From Spongospora subterranea f. sp. subterranea (taxonomy: Eukaryota), in contig JAUGWO010000068.1 in NCBI GenBank assembly GCA_049724395.1, forward strand, positions 62,001 through 118,471: DNA of 56,471 bases. Direction: 5' to 3'. The notes under the pieces are model-generated. The model was given only the letters and a program-made list of their open reading frames with translations, did not search any database and was not told where the DNA came from. Each line of letters begins with the position of its first letter. The first letter of the stretch is position 1. The position numbers and the translations under genes were made by a program. Positions 11,401-24,325 of this stretch are shown here, piece after piece.

Positions 11401-12429
11401 CTACCATTATCGGACACGATAAGCGCCGCCGAATCATAACGGGAACTTGGATTCTTATCAATATACCCATCAAGTTCAAGAAGCTGCTATGAAATTTCAA
11501 AATTCTTGATAAACAGGAGGATAACGTCGACTTTGGCATCGAGCAAGCTGTGATGGCTGTCTACTTGGTCGGCAAGTTCAAGGAACCGTCAAGATCAAGT
11601 TTCAGGGAGTAGCTGTTCCTATCGCTGCCGGTTCATAGGACGCACTGCCAGAAATAACGGTTGGTCGTTTCGTTTGCGATCGCATCGCTCACTTCAGATG
11701 GCCGCTCCTCTGCACGTCTCGGGGAACACGAGACCTGACATTGCACAGCTTGTTCGACCATGACCGTATTACTGCAGAGAATGGCGACGCTGCTCGTATT
11801 CATTGAAACATGGGCCAACCGTGCCATCCGCAGCGAGCGAGCGAGACGACAACAGAGGAATTCGACGCGACGATGTTCGAGGGTTTGTTGCTCTTGCCGC
11901 GTTTTCGTGTAAACCCCCCATTCGTTAGTCAGACCCTCCCCATACGGCGGCGACAGGTTTGACGCTCAGAAGTTTCGTGTTGTTCATCGACAAAACGAAA
12001 ACATCATGGCCATCCGCGACGTGCCGCCACTCCTCCGCGAAACATCTGGGATCGTCCGGCTGCGGTTGGCGACCACAGAACTGGACATCGTACAGCGACA
12101 CGTCCCGATTCAACGTCAATTACGATACCGGGCGGGTCAGAACGCCAACCCGGCGCCCTCGTGTCCCTCTTCGAATACCTCAACCAGGCAATGGTCTGAT
12201 ATCGTCATCCTGTTCGAGAATTTTCCACGCGCGCTGTTCTGCCATGTTGATTACGAGAGATTGATCGCTGGCTAGATTTACCGATAGCTTCATCATTCAG
12301 AGCGTCTCCAAGTCGAAAGTGTTTCAGGTTGAGTCTACCCGCTGTGGCCACGTCCGAAAACAATAACATGAAAAACGTTCGAGATCTGGCACGAGTTACA
12401 GGAGATGCTCGAACACGATCATGAGTTCA

Positions 12430-12720
12430 GGCAAGGGCTAACCGTGAACTGGCCTGGGTTAAGATGTTGTCACCTTTAAGAGCGTGCAACCCTTCAACGT
12501 CGGGACCATAGATGGCGGTCGCAGACATGGCGCTGGTTCCCGAAGCGATGCTGAGAGGTCGCGGGATGACCACACGGTGCATTATGGAACGCCGAACGAT
12601 GGAAGGCGGACGTTCTCCCGAAGAAAATTGTTGTTCAGTGTCAATTGCGGAATAAAGTGGTTTGTACGGCCACCAGGACGGTGGTCTGGTCGGCACCGAG
12701 CTCGAGAACGACCCCATTCC
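12430..12720 (-). mobile_element. Possible Copia-like (CoDi-type) pre-integrase fragment
   Basis: AIYGPDV...LKG resembles the A..IYGP.V..LKGK motif of protist Copia polyproteins; short and degenerate. Confidence 0.3.
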
Positions 12721-13215
12721 TTGGACCCGACGCTAACCTGCACCTGCTGCGACATGTCAATCGCCTGTCCTTGTTCGCCTTGCTCTCGCTCAATGGACGG
12801 CGTTGTTGGTCAGGCCGATTTGGTTGGAAACTGCAAAACGAGTGGCGATTCGGCCGCGAACATACGCTGATCGAATGTGAGTTTTCACTGTACCGTAATG
12901 AGTTTATTAAAACCACAATGGGTGATTATATAGAGGGGCTGTTCAGATTACGCCTGGATACGGCATTGGTTTGCTAACACAATGATTGGTCGGAATGAGT
13001 TTTGTGGGAACCAAACGCTAATCGCTTTCTACTACAATATTACGGTAATGGTGCTGATATCTCTGGCATTACGAGGGATAGTTTGTCTCTGCGCCACATA
13101 TTCTAGAGACCTGCATTGGCAACCAGAGATGAACGGATTTCTGCGGTTTTGTTAAATCTTTGTTGACGCCACAACAAGAATGCGGCCAAGGTTGTGCATG
13201 TTTTATATATATCCA

Positions 13216-13239
13216 TGGAGCAGCGTCAGGGATTCGAAC
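13216..13239 (+). other. PBS-like sequence complementary to a tRNA 3' end
   Basis: TGGAGCAGCGTCAGGGATTCGAAC directly follows CA. Its reverse complement reads G-TTCGAAT-CCCTG-ACGCTGC-T-CCA, the exact T-loop + 5 + 7 + 1 + CCA spacing. Confidence 0.4.
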
Positions 13240-14994
13240 GCGAGTTGGGCGGCAATGCGTTGTTGGTCGCAGCTTGCGTAGCGGTGGAGATTTGTTAATG
13301 GCAATGATGGCGATCGCCGCGACGACGGCGATCGTCCCCGTCGTCACAGCAGCATGCGTTGCAGCAATACAGGCAGGCGAAACAGACCAGCAACTTCTTC
13401 ACACAGCTGAACAGACCCATTTTAACACAGGAATCTGAAAAAACAACAACGACAACGAAAGCGAGTTAATTGGAAAATGAACAACTTCCGTCAAATGGTG
13501 CCCAACGGTGCCGTCCCCAGGATTAATCCAAACTGGTTCCGCTTTCGACGGGTAAAGCTACAGCACTTCCGTAGCCGCGTTGCGACGACTGGCCATGACA
13601 CAGCAGCGCTCGACTTTCGGCCGGGTTGAACTAGAAAATCCAAATGGGTCGATGGTGTCAAGACAGTTTGTCGAGATGAGCAGCAGGACGCCTATAATCA
13701 ACAGGGTGAAACCGGAAGCGGTTGGAAAAATCCAGAAGATGAGTTTCTCGTGTCGTTCTTGTAAATTGGAACGGGAGGCTGTTTTTGCCTGAACGGCGAT
13801 CTCTGGTGACGCATGGGAAACGAGTCAGGTGGAGGTTAGTCTTTGAGGTGAACATGCATCAGATCACGCTAGAGTAATCAAGGACGCCTTGAGTTCCTCT
13901 GACGATGTTGCCGTCCACCGCCTGACCGTCTTCTTGTATATCCAACCGACGGTGCCACGACAATGCTCATTGATCATGTGATTTGCGCTACGTTTGCATC
14001 TGAACTTAACTTATCAGATGTTTTTGCTGAGGAGGAAGTCGTTTCTGATATGCCATGTTTGATTGTACTCTTGTGGAATGCACTCTCGTATGTTCGGTCG
14101 CTTGCATTTCAACGTAGCAATCAGATACGAACATGTTTAGATGCAAGCTTTAGAGCGTACGAGCGTGCCACGCAGCACCATATTGAGCCCAACCTCCCGC
14201 GATAACTGTCGACTCAAAATCAGGCGATGGAAATCATTATTGACATTTTGCCAGACTGTTTTGTACAAGTTTAAAAGTTCGGAAACTCGTGATGTCGCAA
14301 TGATGTTTTTACAAAACCTCCCACCAGTTTACAAGGATGTTATGAAATTAGACTTTGATGGGAATTATTCTTACATGGGAATGCAGTTGTCGCAATTTTC
14401 GTTCCCTTTTGCTGTACAAAGTTAATGCACGGGATGTGTTGATGGAGAAATGAACATACACATGGAAGTACAATAAGATGTAAAGAGTTGCTGTCAAACT
14501 TACTGCGAAAGTATTGTTGAGATTTCATTGCCCTGGCTCCTCGATTGAACCAGATCAACGTGGGTTATCTGAATTTGGCACTCCGAACCCATACCAACAA
14601 AAATGGTGCATTACAGGATACTTATTCTTTTCTGTATTTGACGGTGTGCGTAAGGTTGGGTTTATTATGAAAACAATCAAGACTGCCTTTTTGAACAGCT
14701 TACGTACGAGGCTGCATTCCAAATCGGATGGCAATAAATATAATCTCTACGTAATGGACTTCGCTTTTGACAGATATACATGCTGGAAATGAGCTGGAGA
14801 ATTGACACGGTCGTTGTGTTGATGAGTACCAATATCGCCGTTCACTTTTTGATACCACAAAATAAAGTAACCGGCTGGGAGTGAATATGACAGGAAGTGC
14901 AAAAACCAAATACAGAAGCAAAGGTATTTCGGAAATCTACGCCATTACGAGGTCTGACATAGCTGTTGGATCCTGACTGGTACTTTCCCCAGGG

Positions 14995-17900
14995 TCATGT
15001 AGCACATCGAGACAGCCGAGGCGAAGAAGTTCCCGATCGGATTGCACCAGCATGATCGGCCAGATCAGCATTTGGTACTTGCATCAAGCGGGTCAGGAGA
15101 CTCAAGAAAACTAGCCGATAACCAACCACTTGCCAAGAGACGCTAACGAATGGGATCAGAGCCTCGTTTAGCAACAGGCCCTTATAAATCAATGCCATCC
15201 TAAAAGAAAATAAGAACGATTCGTGAATCCAGCATAAGAGGCGTCAACATATTTTGGAAACCGAACAAAACAAATTGACCACTCACGCTCCCTCTGACTT
15301 CGCTATAGGCTCATGAATATATCGATCCAATTCTGCAGTCATCATCAACGCCAATCGCGGCAAAATTTGATATTCCACAGCGGCGCCAGCCTCCATCGAA
15401 GCAATCGGGTCAAGGGATACAGCCGTAATACCTCTGTTTCCAAAAGATCCAACAATATGACCAATAAGGTCCACGGCTGCCATACGAACACCAAATGACT
15501 AAGCGAAAAAAAGAATCAACAGAATAACGAGTCATTGCTGTCCGGGTCAGAAATCAGAATTGATCAACATATTCCATAACAGCGCAAAAAAAACCATTCA
15601 TAAGACATGAAAATCTGACAAGAGAAAACGTAAACAGAATTTTGTATATTGCAAAGTCACCTGCTCTTTGGTATCGATACCATGGCCGACATAAGTGAAG
15701 CACAGTTGAATGTAATGCATCAGAGCGGGAAAGTCGGAATTCCCACCATTGCCATAGTCAACTAGCGCCTGAAGATCGTTTGCCGAATGCATCAAAACGG
15801 TCAATAATCGCAACAGCAGCGAGCGGCAAAGACCGCTGGTTTCCGGATTGAATAATTGACGAGGGATTGCGCCAGAAGTCAGCAGAACTCCAAAGCTGTA
15901 ATTTCAGATATCAACAACAGGTTCTATCAAATTTGATAAAAAACGGGAATCTTGAACGATATCTGAAAACTGGGAACATCGAAAGGTGAAATGTCTAATA
16001 ATACCGGCGAATTTGAGCAGAGTCGCATTGCTGCGCAAGTGTTAAGATTATTAGCAGCGTATACTGATCCACGTCTTGTAATGAGGAGCGATGATCCATA
16101 AGATTGAACAGTGCATCAACAAGCTCTGGACAGTGCACAATGGAACTTGAGAATGTATTCGTCTCTTGTTGCGTACTGTAGCTAATCCACGAATAAAAAT
16201 GAAATCAAAAAGGGCCTTATCACAGCAAGGTTCATAAGGCATCTACAATTCGAACATACTTCGTGAAATTTGAAGATTGCTCAACGTGGTCACGGAAAGA
16301 CGAAGGAACGACCAGACAGGATCCGGGTTTTGTCCAAAAAGGGTTCGCAACAACCGGTAACGTATCCATTATACGCGACATTATGACATGCCTGGGATTC
16401 GCTACAGGAGACTTTTCACCGAGCAAGGCAGAACGACACAAACCGCTCGATGTTACAAGCGTATGCAACAGTTTTAGCGCAGGTAGCAATCTGTTCAATA
16501 TTATGGGCAGCATCCCAGCCAATCAAGTGCAGACTTACATTGGGGCTTTCCCTGAAACAATAACACGATTCAAAACAGGTAACGCACAGTAGGATGGGTA
16601 GCTATCATTAAGCAAAAGCGACAACGTCGATTCAGCGTCGCCTTCGTCATTTGGCCCAATGAGATCACACCAATCGGGAGAGCGAATTAGGTCAACTAAT
16701 CCGTCTTCTAACGCGGTCGACCTAGAGAATATATTAGGCCCGTTCAAAAAACGCTTGAAAGCATTTAATCTGCCTACAGTATTTTGGAGGAAATTGAATA
16801 CGATTCAAGATGAACTTGGTTTCGCAGTGGTTGTTTGATAGCAGGTGTGGCTCCGTAGTGATTCATGATCGATGCTGTCGCAGACAATCATATACGTACA
16901 GTAAAAAAAACAAGCAATAGCCTGGAATTTACCTGGAATTCTCGAGCCGGCATTGGAACACTTGGGACACGCATCAGGAGAAGTTAGTAGCGCTTTAGGA
17001 CTAAACCACGCAACATTAATCGTTTCGCTTACAGCTCAGGTACAAATGGCAATACGTGGTATTCTGAGATTCGCAAACTACCGCCAGTTGACGTTTCAAA
17101 ACCTGAGCAGCTTGACGCTCTGCAGACAGCGCCTGGGCAACATGCTAGTGTCATATCAAAAAAACAACAACGTGATTTTTTTTACACGAGTCAGGCTTTC
17201 ATTGCTCCGGCCAATCTCTTCCAGTTCCCGCTCCTGAATGAAAAATTCATTAATGTCACATTGAATTGAGCTAGCAAACTGCTCAAGCCAACAATTGCCT
17301 CCCGCTCCACATTTAGACTATCGATTTGTGCGCGCATGCGTTCGTGCTGCGCGCGGTGCGCCTCAGATGCTTGAGCTAACCGTAAGGACGTCTCTGTTCG
17401 CAGCTGATGAAACTGAAGAAGCAAAAAAAATGGATTGAAGCAAACAATTTGAATTGAATACCCCTTGTATAGATCTTATGTCTTAAAACTAAGCAAAAAA
17501 CTATGTTTTCGAATTAAGCAAAACATCACACTGAAACTATTTTTGGTTCTGTTGATGATATATCGCAAAAGGAATTGACAATCATGAAAAGCCTGAGGGT
17601 TTACCTGTGACTCAGTAGCATTTAGTTTTGAACGTAGCATAGTTAAGGCGCCAGACTAAAAAAAATCAAATTGACTGCAGATTGTTGAAGTAAAACGCAC
17701 CTTTTCGGCAATTTGCCCCTGTAACTTCTTTTGCTGTAAGCGCAACTGAGCGCGGTCGTGACTACACGATATGAGTGACGATCGCAGCCGTTTTACTTCG
17801 TCCTCATTATTTTGGCAAACTGGAACTCCTATACCAAGCTGAACGACATCGGACAATCGTCGTAAAGAGTATATGAACGTAAAAACTTGAAGAACGGTGT

Positions 17901-18773
17901 GTAATGGTAAACTGGTACCGTTACTTATTGCAGAACTGGAAAAACGTTGGGTATCAGCGAGGCTTCCGGGTGTCTGAAAGGCTGTTGCGGGACGGACAGG
18001 ATCACACACTGGCGTCTGCGGAACGACAAACGGCGCTGTGTTTGAGACAGGAAATGCAGCAGACTGGGCCTACACAACGTTGTGAGTAAAAAAAGTGTCT
18101 GAAGAAAAAATGGTATCGGACATCGGAAAGATAGGGCGAAGGATGAGGTTGTGCCTTCGAAGAATGAAATTGCTTAGAAAAGATCCTCATAAAACGATAC
18201 CGTGCGATTGAAAGAAGCAGCAGCGTACCTGTAGGCTGGCATTACCACCTCTGGATGACTGGCCCGATTGAACAGGACCAGACGCCTGAAGAAACCGATA
18301 TAAATACATATTGCGAGGAAAACAATGCAGAAACAAAGATCTGTAGTTAACCGAGATAACCGCGATCAAGAACGAATAGGAGTCCTGGGTGAAATGGAAC
18401 AGACAGTAAGATGAAATTTCAAAATTTGAAAGCAACGACTTTCGCTGCCATCAGAGGTAAAAGCGACCAAACTGACCGGTGGAGCAGCATATTCAAGTGG
18501 AGGAAGTCCCGAAGTTTTCAGAGCGGCGTCTGTAAGTGCCATGATGCGATCCAAGTCGGATGAAGAAAAATCATCTCCGAATTCGGCATCGAAACGCGAT
18601 GGCGTGTCGTAGGTGACCGGGCCGCCCGCCGCCGCTCCCGCGTGCAACTCGCGCCCGATCAGGGAATCGGGATAAGGGCAATGTCGCTTGACATCATCCG
18701 GACCAGGGGGCTGATCCCGATGACGTTTCGCCCACTGTTGCTGAGCAGGTCCCGACGCTGAACTGTTATGCAT
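14995..18773 (-). CDS. Multi-exon host gene: acidic N-terminal motif, coiled coil and helical C-terminus (function unknown; ATRIP-like layout)
   Basis: A chain of minus-strand ORF pieces bounded by GT/AG sites: FGDDFSSSDLDRIMAL, coiled coil EVKRLRSSL...LQGQIAEK and HRAQHERMRAQIDSL, then Leu-rich helices. Exon boundaries and the 3' end are approximate. Confidence 0.45.
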
Positions 18774-19589
18774 TACGTTCGCATGGTGGATTCGTTTCAC
18801 ATGCACGAACAGCAGAGTAACAGCAGCAACGTCAATCGAGGCAGTCTTTGATAGGCTGCGCAACAGTCACGGTGAACTCGACCAACTTTTCTCAACACGA
18901 CGAGCAAGTCAATCGATGTGGTTTCCCTTGATTGCTGCTCCTGAAGCCAAATCTCAATCACGCCTTGTTGATTATATTTGAAAATTCGTGCCTCGCCAGG
19001 TGACAGCGCTTTTTATTTAGGAAACGGGCAATCACCGATTCTGTCCGGAGATCCCAAAACCTTGGTACTATCCACTGGACGTCGTCGGCTTTCGCCATGG
19101 GTGTGCTGCTTTCAGCTTGGAATTTCATATGAGATATAAATCCGGGGAATGGATAGAATCAAATGTGTGAAAATTTCGTGGACATGTACAATACCAAAAG
19201 GAAAGCAAAGCAACACCGGCATTTTGCGTAGACCGTAATATAGAAAATGGAAATTGTGGAGAAGAATCCGTTTTGTTCTATATTCTTCCAGGTGACGCTA
19301 TGTTAACTGCTCCATCTTTTCAACGAGAGCATGGTGACGCTAACGTCAGAAAACCAGTTTTCGGTAATCGCTCCCGCGAGGACCTGTCCACTCCTTCGTT
19401 GTGTTCGTTGATTGTAAAGATGCTAGCAGAGCCGACCCTTATGCTAGCAGGATAAATCATTCTTCTCATTGTTTCATGCTCGCGTTCATCTCATCATTTC
19501 ACACGCACTCTCGACAGGTTTGCTAAAGTCATATGCGAACGTGATTCTTTGCTCCTGTTACTGTAATACACACTAATTACGATGAACGG

Positions 19590-20605
19590 TGTAGCAAAAT
19601 CAAAGAGGTGCCGTTGCGTCAGCGAATGACTTTAAGATCCCTCGAACATGCATGCAATGTTCCAGCGAAAACCCTTCACCGTTTCATGAAGAAGGTGGAT
19701 TAAAACGGATATCCAGTACGATAAAGCCTACCTTGACAGCTGCCAACAAGAAGCAACGTCTGGAATTCGCTTTGTCCATGTTAGAAGGCGACTCTGACCT
19801 TTTCAGTCCAATGTTGGATACGGTGCACGTGGACGAGAAATGGTTCTATCTCACAAAAATCAAAAAGAACTTCTACCTTCTTCCTGACGAAGAGGGTCCT
19901 GAACGGTTTTGCCAAAGCAAGCGTTTCATCACCAAGGTGATGTTTCTTGCAGCTGTAGCTCGACCGCGTTACGATCCTCACCGTAAAACGATGTTTGATG
20001 GTAAAATTGGACTTTGGCCGTTTGTTACAAGTGAACCTGCCAAGCGTAGTTCCAAGCATCGCACCCGAGGTACGCTTGTCACGAAAGCTGTCGAAGTGAA
20101 CCGAATGCAGTACGTGAAAATGATCCTTGACAACGTGATTCCAGCCATCAAGCAGAAGTGGCCACTTGGCAGCCAGTCGATGCATATAAAAATCCAGCAA
20201 AACAACGCTAGACCACATGCTAGTGTTCTTCAGCAGGAAATTTTGGATGCAGGCCATTCGGAAGGCTGGAATATCGATTTGGTTTGTCAACCACCCAATA
20301 GTCCAGAGTTTAATGTCCTTGATCTGGGCTACTTCAACTCCATCCAATCACTACAACACCAAAGCGCCCCGAAGAATATTGACGATCTTGTCGAGGCAGT
20401 TCATCAATCTTTCGACGCTCTCACAACCGAGAAGCTCGACAATGTTTTTCTGTCATTGCAGAAAGCAATGGAGTCGGCAATGAAAGCACAGGGCGGGAAT
20501 AATTACCTGCTTGCTCATATGGGCAAAGCTCAGCTGCGACGTAATGGAGCATTGCCTCTTTTAATCCACTGCGATCCAGAGGCAATAGCTGTAGCTAAGC
20601 GTTAG
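19590..20605 (+). pseudogene. Tc1/mariner DD39D transposase pseudogene
   Basis: VHVDEKWFY, SKRFITKVMFLAAVARPR, FDGKIGLWPF, QQNNARPH (catalytic D>N), QPPNSPEFNVLD, GGNNYLLAHMGK. The N-terminal VPLRQRMTLRSL lies in another frame (shift near 19690). Confidence 0.92.
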
Positions 20606-20713
20606 CTTTGCCCATATGAGCGAGCTTGTAATTATTCCTGCCCTCAACTTTCATTGCCGACTCCATTACCCAGATCAACGACATTGAAGTCTGGACTATT
20701 GGGTGGATGACAA
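20284..20713. repeat. Fold-back at the mariner 3' end: 20604-20667 inverts 20467-20530, and 20669-20713 inverts 20284-20328
   Basis: Direct reverse-complement match; 7 differences in 64 nt in the first segment. Confidence 0.9.
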
Positions 20714-20815
20714 CTGGTTAGTAAACACTTTAGAACAATCCGAACACTTTAGAACTATCCGGGACAATCATTTTGACACAAAATTGCGTGGACTATCGGA
20801 CAATCATTTTGACAC

Positions 20816-21810
20816 AAGATCTTTGTTTGATGAGATCACTAATGATGATGATTATTTTCGCTCGACGAGCTCGCAAGAGATTACTCATCATGAAGCTTCT
20901 TAGGCTGCGCGCCTCGGTGCGAACTAGAAATACCCTGGTTACAAGTTCTCTAATTGAACCAGAAAACTCTCCTTGGCACACGTTATATGCCGATGAACAC
21001 GATGGAAGCTTCATTTCAGTCGTTTCACTGGACCGGCCGACATTCGATTATCATCTTGGTGCCTACAAGAAACATTACGTAATCAAGACCGGTCCCGGCA
21101 GACGTGGTAGACCTCCGAAATTTTTTGGAATATGATGATGAAGTTATCAGGCGTAGGCAAGGCGATATGAAATAGCTTAAAAATCGGCAGGTTCCATGAT
21201 TCAAATTTTATTTGTTACTCAAATCGTCTGCATTTAAAAACTTTATCATGATTAGTTTCATGAATATCTGCTCTTCGCTCCTCTTCTAGCCTTTCATCTC
21301 TGGCCTGCCGAGACGAGACAGGGACGCAAGAGAGGCAAAAGTTGAAGCAGATCGGCAGGCCAGAGATGAAAGGCTAGAAGAGGAGCGAAGAGCAGATAGA
21401 AACGAAAACTAATCATGATGAAGTTTTCAAATGCAACGATTTGAGTAACAAATAAAATTTGAATCATGGAACCTGCCGAAGCTATTTCATAACGCCTGAT
21501 AAATTTTATCAGATATTCCAAAGAATTTCGGAGGTCTACCACGTCTGCCGGGACCGGTCTTGATTACGTAGTGTTTCTTGAAGGCACCAAGAAGATAATC
21601 GAATGTCGGCCGGTCCAGTGAAACGACTGAAATGAAGCTTCCATCGTGTTCATCGGCATATAATGTGTGCCAAGGAAGTTTTCTGGTTCAATTAGAGAAT
21701 TTGTAACCATCTAGTTCGCACCGAGGCGCGCAGCCTAAGAAGCTTCATGATGAGTAATCTCTTGCGAGCTCGTGAAATAAAATCATTTGATCTCATCAAA
21801 CAAAGATCTT
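20816..21810. repeat. Long inverted repeat: arms 20816-21311 (496 nt) and 21352-21810 (459 nt), 40-nt loop
   Basis: Continuous reverse-complement match with scattered substitutions and small deletions in the right arm. Confidence 0.96.
20820..21135 (+). mobile_element. PIF/Harbinger transposase N-terminal fragment (inside the inverted-repeat arm)
   Basis: RNTLVTSSLIEPENSPWHTLYADEHDGSFISVVSLDRPTFDY...GRRGRP resembles oomycete/fungal Harbinger N-termini. The adjacent ERLEEERRAD coil resembles the tail of the companion ORF. Confidence 0.6.
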
Positions 21811-21829
21811 ATCCAAAGAATTTGGTCTA

Positions 21830-24325
21830 ACTGAAATCAGGCCTACTCTGCGACCTTGACGAGTTAGGCCTACTCAAACCTTACGCAAATAGTGAAATTA
21901 GGCCTACTTTGAAGCCTACTCAAACCTGAAATTAGGCCTACTCAAACCTTGCAAATCCTTTTAGGTGTCTATTACCAAACCTTGACGCAAATCCTGAAAT
22001 TAGGCCTACTCAAACCTTGAAAATCCTGAAATCAGGCCTACTCAAACCTTGACGCAAATCCTGAAATTAGGCCTACTCAAACCTTGACGCAAATCCTGAA
22101 ATTAGGCCTACTCAAACCTTGACGCAAATCCTGAAATTAGGCCTACTCAAACCTTGACGCAAATCCTGAAATTAGGCCTACTCAAACCTTGACGCAAATC
22201 CTGAAATCAGGCCTACTCAAACCTTGACGCAAATCCTGAAATTAGGCCTACTCAAACCTTGACGCAAATCCTGAAATTAGGCCTACTCAAACCTTGACGC
22301 AAATCCTGAAATTAGGCCTACTCAAACCTTGACGCAAATCCTGAAATTAGGCCTACTCAAACCTTGACGCAAATCCTGAAATCAGGCCTACTCAAACCTT
22401 GACGCAAATCCTGAAATTAGGCCTACTCAAACCTTGACGCAAATCCTGAAATTAGGCCTACTCAAACCTTGACGCAAATCCTGAAATTAGGCCTACTCAA
22501 ACCTTGACGCAAATCCTGAAATTAGGCCTACTCGCAAACCAAACCTTGACGCAAATCCTGAAATTAGGCCTACTCAAACCTTGACGCAAATCCTGAAATT
22601 AGGCCTACTCAAACCTTGACGCAAATCCTGAAATTAGGCCTACTCAAACCTTGACGCAAATCCTGAAATTAGGCCTACTCAAACCTTGACGCAAATCCTG
22701 AAATTAGGCCTACTCAAACCTTGACGCAAATCCTGAAATTAGGCCTACTCAAACCTTGACGCAAATCCTGAAATTAGGCCTACTCAAACCTTGACGCAAA
22801 TCCTGAAATTAGGCCTACTCAAACCTTGACGCAAATCCTGAAATTAGGCCTACTCAAACCTTGACGCAAATCCTAAATTAGGCCTACTCAAACCTTGACG
22901 CAAATCCTGAAATTAGGCCTACTCAAACCTTGACGCAAATCCTGAAATTGAGGCCTACTCAAACCTTGACGCAAATCCTGAAATTAGGCCTACTCAAACC
23001 TTGACGCAAATCCTGAAATTAGGCCTACTCAAACCTTGACGCAAATCCTGAAATTAGGCCTACTCAAACCTTGACGCAAATCCTGAAATTAGGCCTACTC
23101 AAACCTTGACGCAAATCCTGAAATTAGGCCTACTCAAACCTTGACGCAAATCCTGAAATTAGGCCTACTCAAACCTTGACGCAAATCCTGAAATTAGGCC
23201 TACTCAAACCTTGACGCAAATCCTGAAATTAGGCCTACTCAAACCTTGACGCAAATCCTGAAATTAGGCCTACTCAAACCTTGACGCAAATCCTGAAATT
23301 AGGCCTACTCAAACCTTGACGCAAATCCTGAAATTAGGCCTACTCAAACCTTGACGCAAATCCTGAAATTAGGCCTACTCAAACCTTGACGCAAATCCAA
23401 AGGCCTACTCAAACCTTGACGCAAATCCTGAAATTAGGCCTACTCAAACCTTGACGCAAATCCTGAAATTAGGCCTACTCAAACCTTGACGCAAATCCTG
23501 AAATTAGGCCTACTCAAACCTTGACGCAAATCCTGAAATTAGGCCTACTCAAACCTTGACGCAAATCCTGAAATTAGGCCTACTCAAACCTTGACGCAAA
23601 TCCTGAAATTAGGCCTACTCAAACCTTGACGCAAATCCTGAAATCAGGCCTACTCAAACCTTGACGCAAATCCTGAAATTAGGCCTACTCAAACCTTGAC
23701 GCAAATCCTGAAATTAGGCCTACTCAAACCTTGACGCAAATCCTGAAATTAGGCCTACTCAAACCTTGACGCAAATCCTGAAATTAGGCCTACTCAAACC
23801 TTGACGCAAATCCTGAAATTAGGCCTACTCAAACCTTGATCCTGAAAAGGCCTACTTGACGCAAATCCTGAAATTAGGCCTACTCAAACCTTGACGCAAA
23901 TCCTGAAATTAGGCCTACTCAAACCTTGACGCAAATCCTGAAATTAGGCCTACTCAAACCTTGACGCAAATCCTGAAATTAGGCCTACTCAAACCTTGAC
24001 GCAAATCCTGAAATTAGGCCTACTCAAACCTTGACGCAAATCCTGAAAATTAGGCCTACTCAAACCTTGACGCAAATCCTGAAATTAGGCCTACTCAAAC
24101 CTTGACGCAAATCCTGCAAATTAGGCCTACTCAAACCTTGACGCAAATCCTGAAATCAGGCCTACTCAAACCTTGACGCAAATCCTGAAATTAGGCCTAC
24201 TCAAACCTTGACGCAAATCCTGAAATTAGGCCTACTCAAACCTTGACGCAAATCCTGAAATTAGGCCTACTCAAACCTTGACGCAAATCCTGAAATTAGG
24301 CCTACTCAAACCTTGACGCAAATCC
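21830..24325. repeat. Minisatellite of ~70 x 35-bp units GACGCAAATCCTGAAATTAGGCCTACTCAAACCTT
   Basis: 35-bp period over about 2.5 kb, highly homogeneous, degenerate at the left edge; each unit has a TAGGCCTA palindrome; no spacers. Confidence 0.98.

Noticed and set aside
12891..13047. pogo-like MITE bounded by TACCGTAAT...ATTACGGTA
   Set aside because: Only 9 bp of terminal match and no second copy in the window.
13170..13290. Complete tRNA gene on the minus strand
   Set aside because: Only the 3' 24 nt fit; there is no pairing T-stem 5' strand, D arm or acceptor 5' strand.
21830..24325. 35-bp repeat as a CRISPR array
   Set aside because: Units are head-to-tail with no unique spacers, no cas genes are present, and the context is intron-containing eukaryotic DNA.
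21830..24325. Interstitial telomeric repeat
   Set aside because: AAACCTT and AAATCCT only loosely resemble (T)TTTAGGG complements; there is no true short-period telomere tract.
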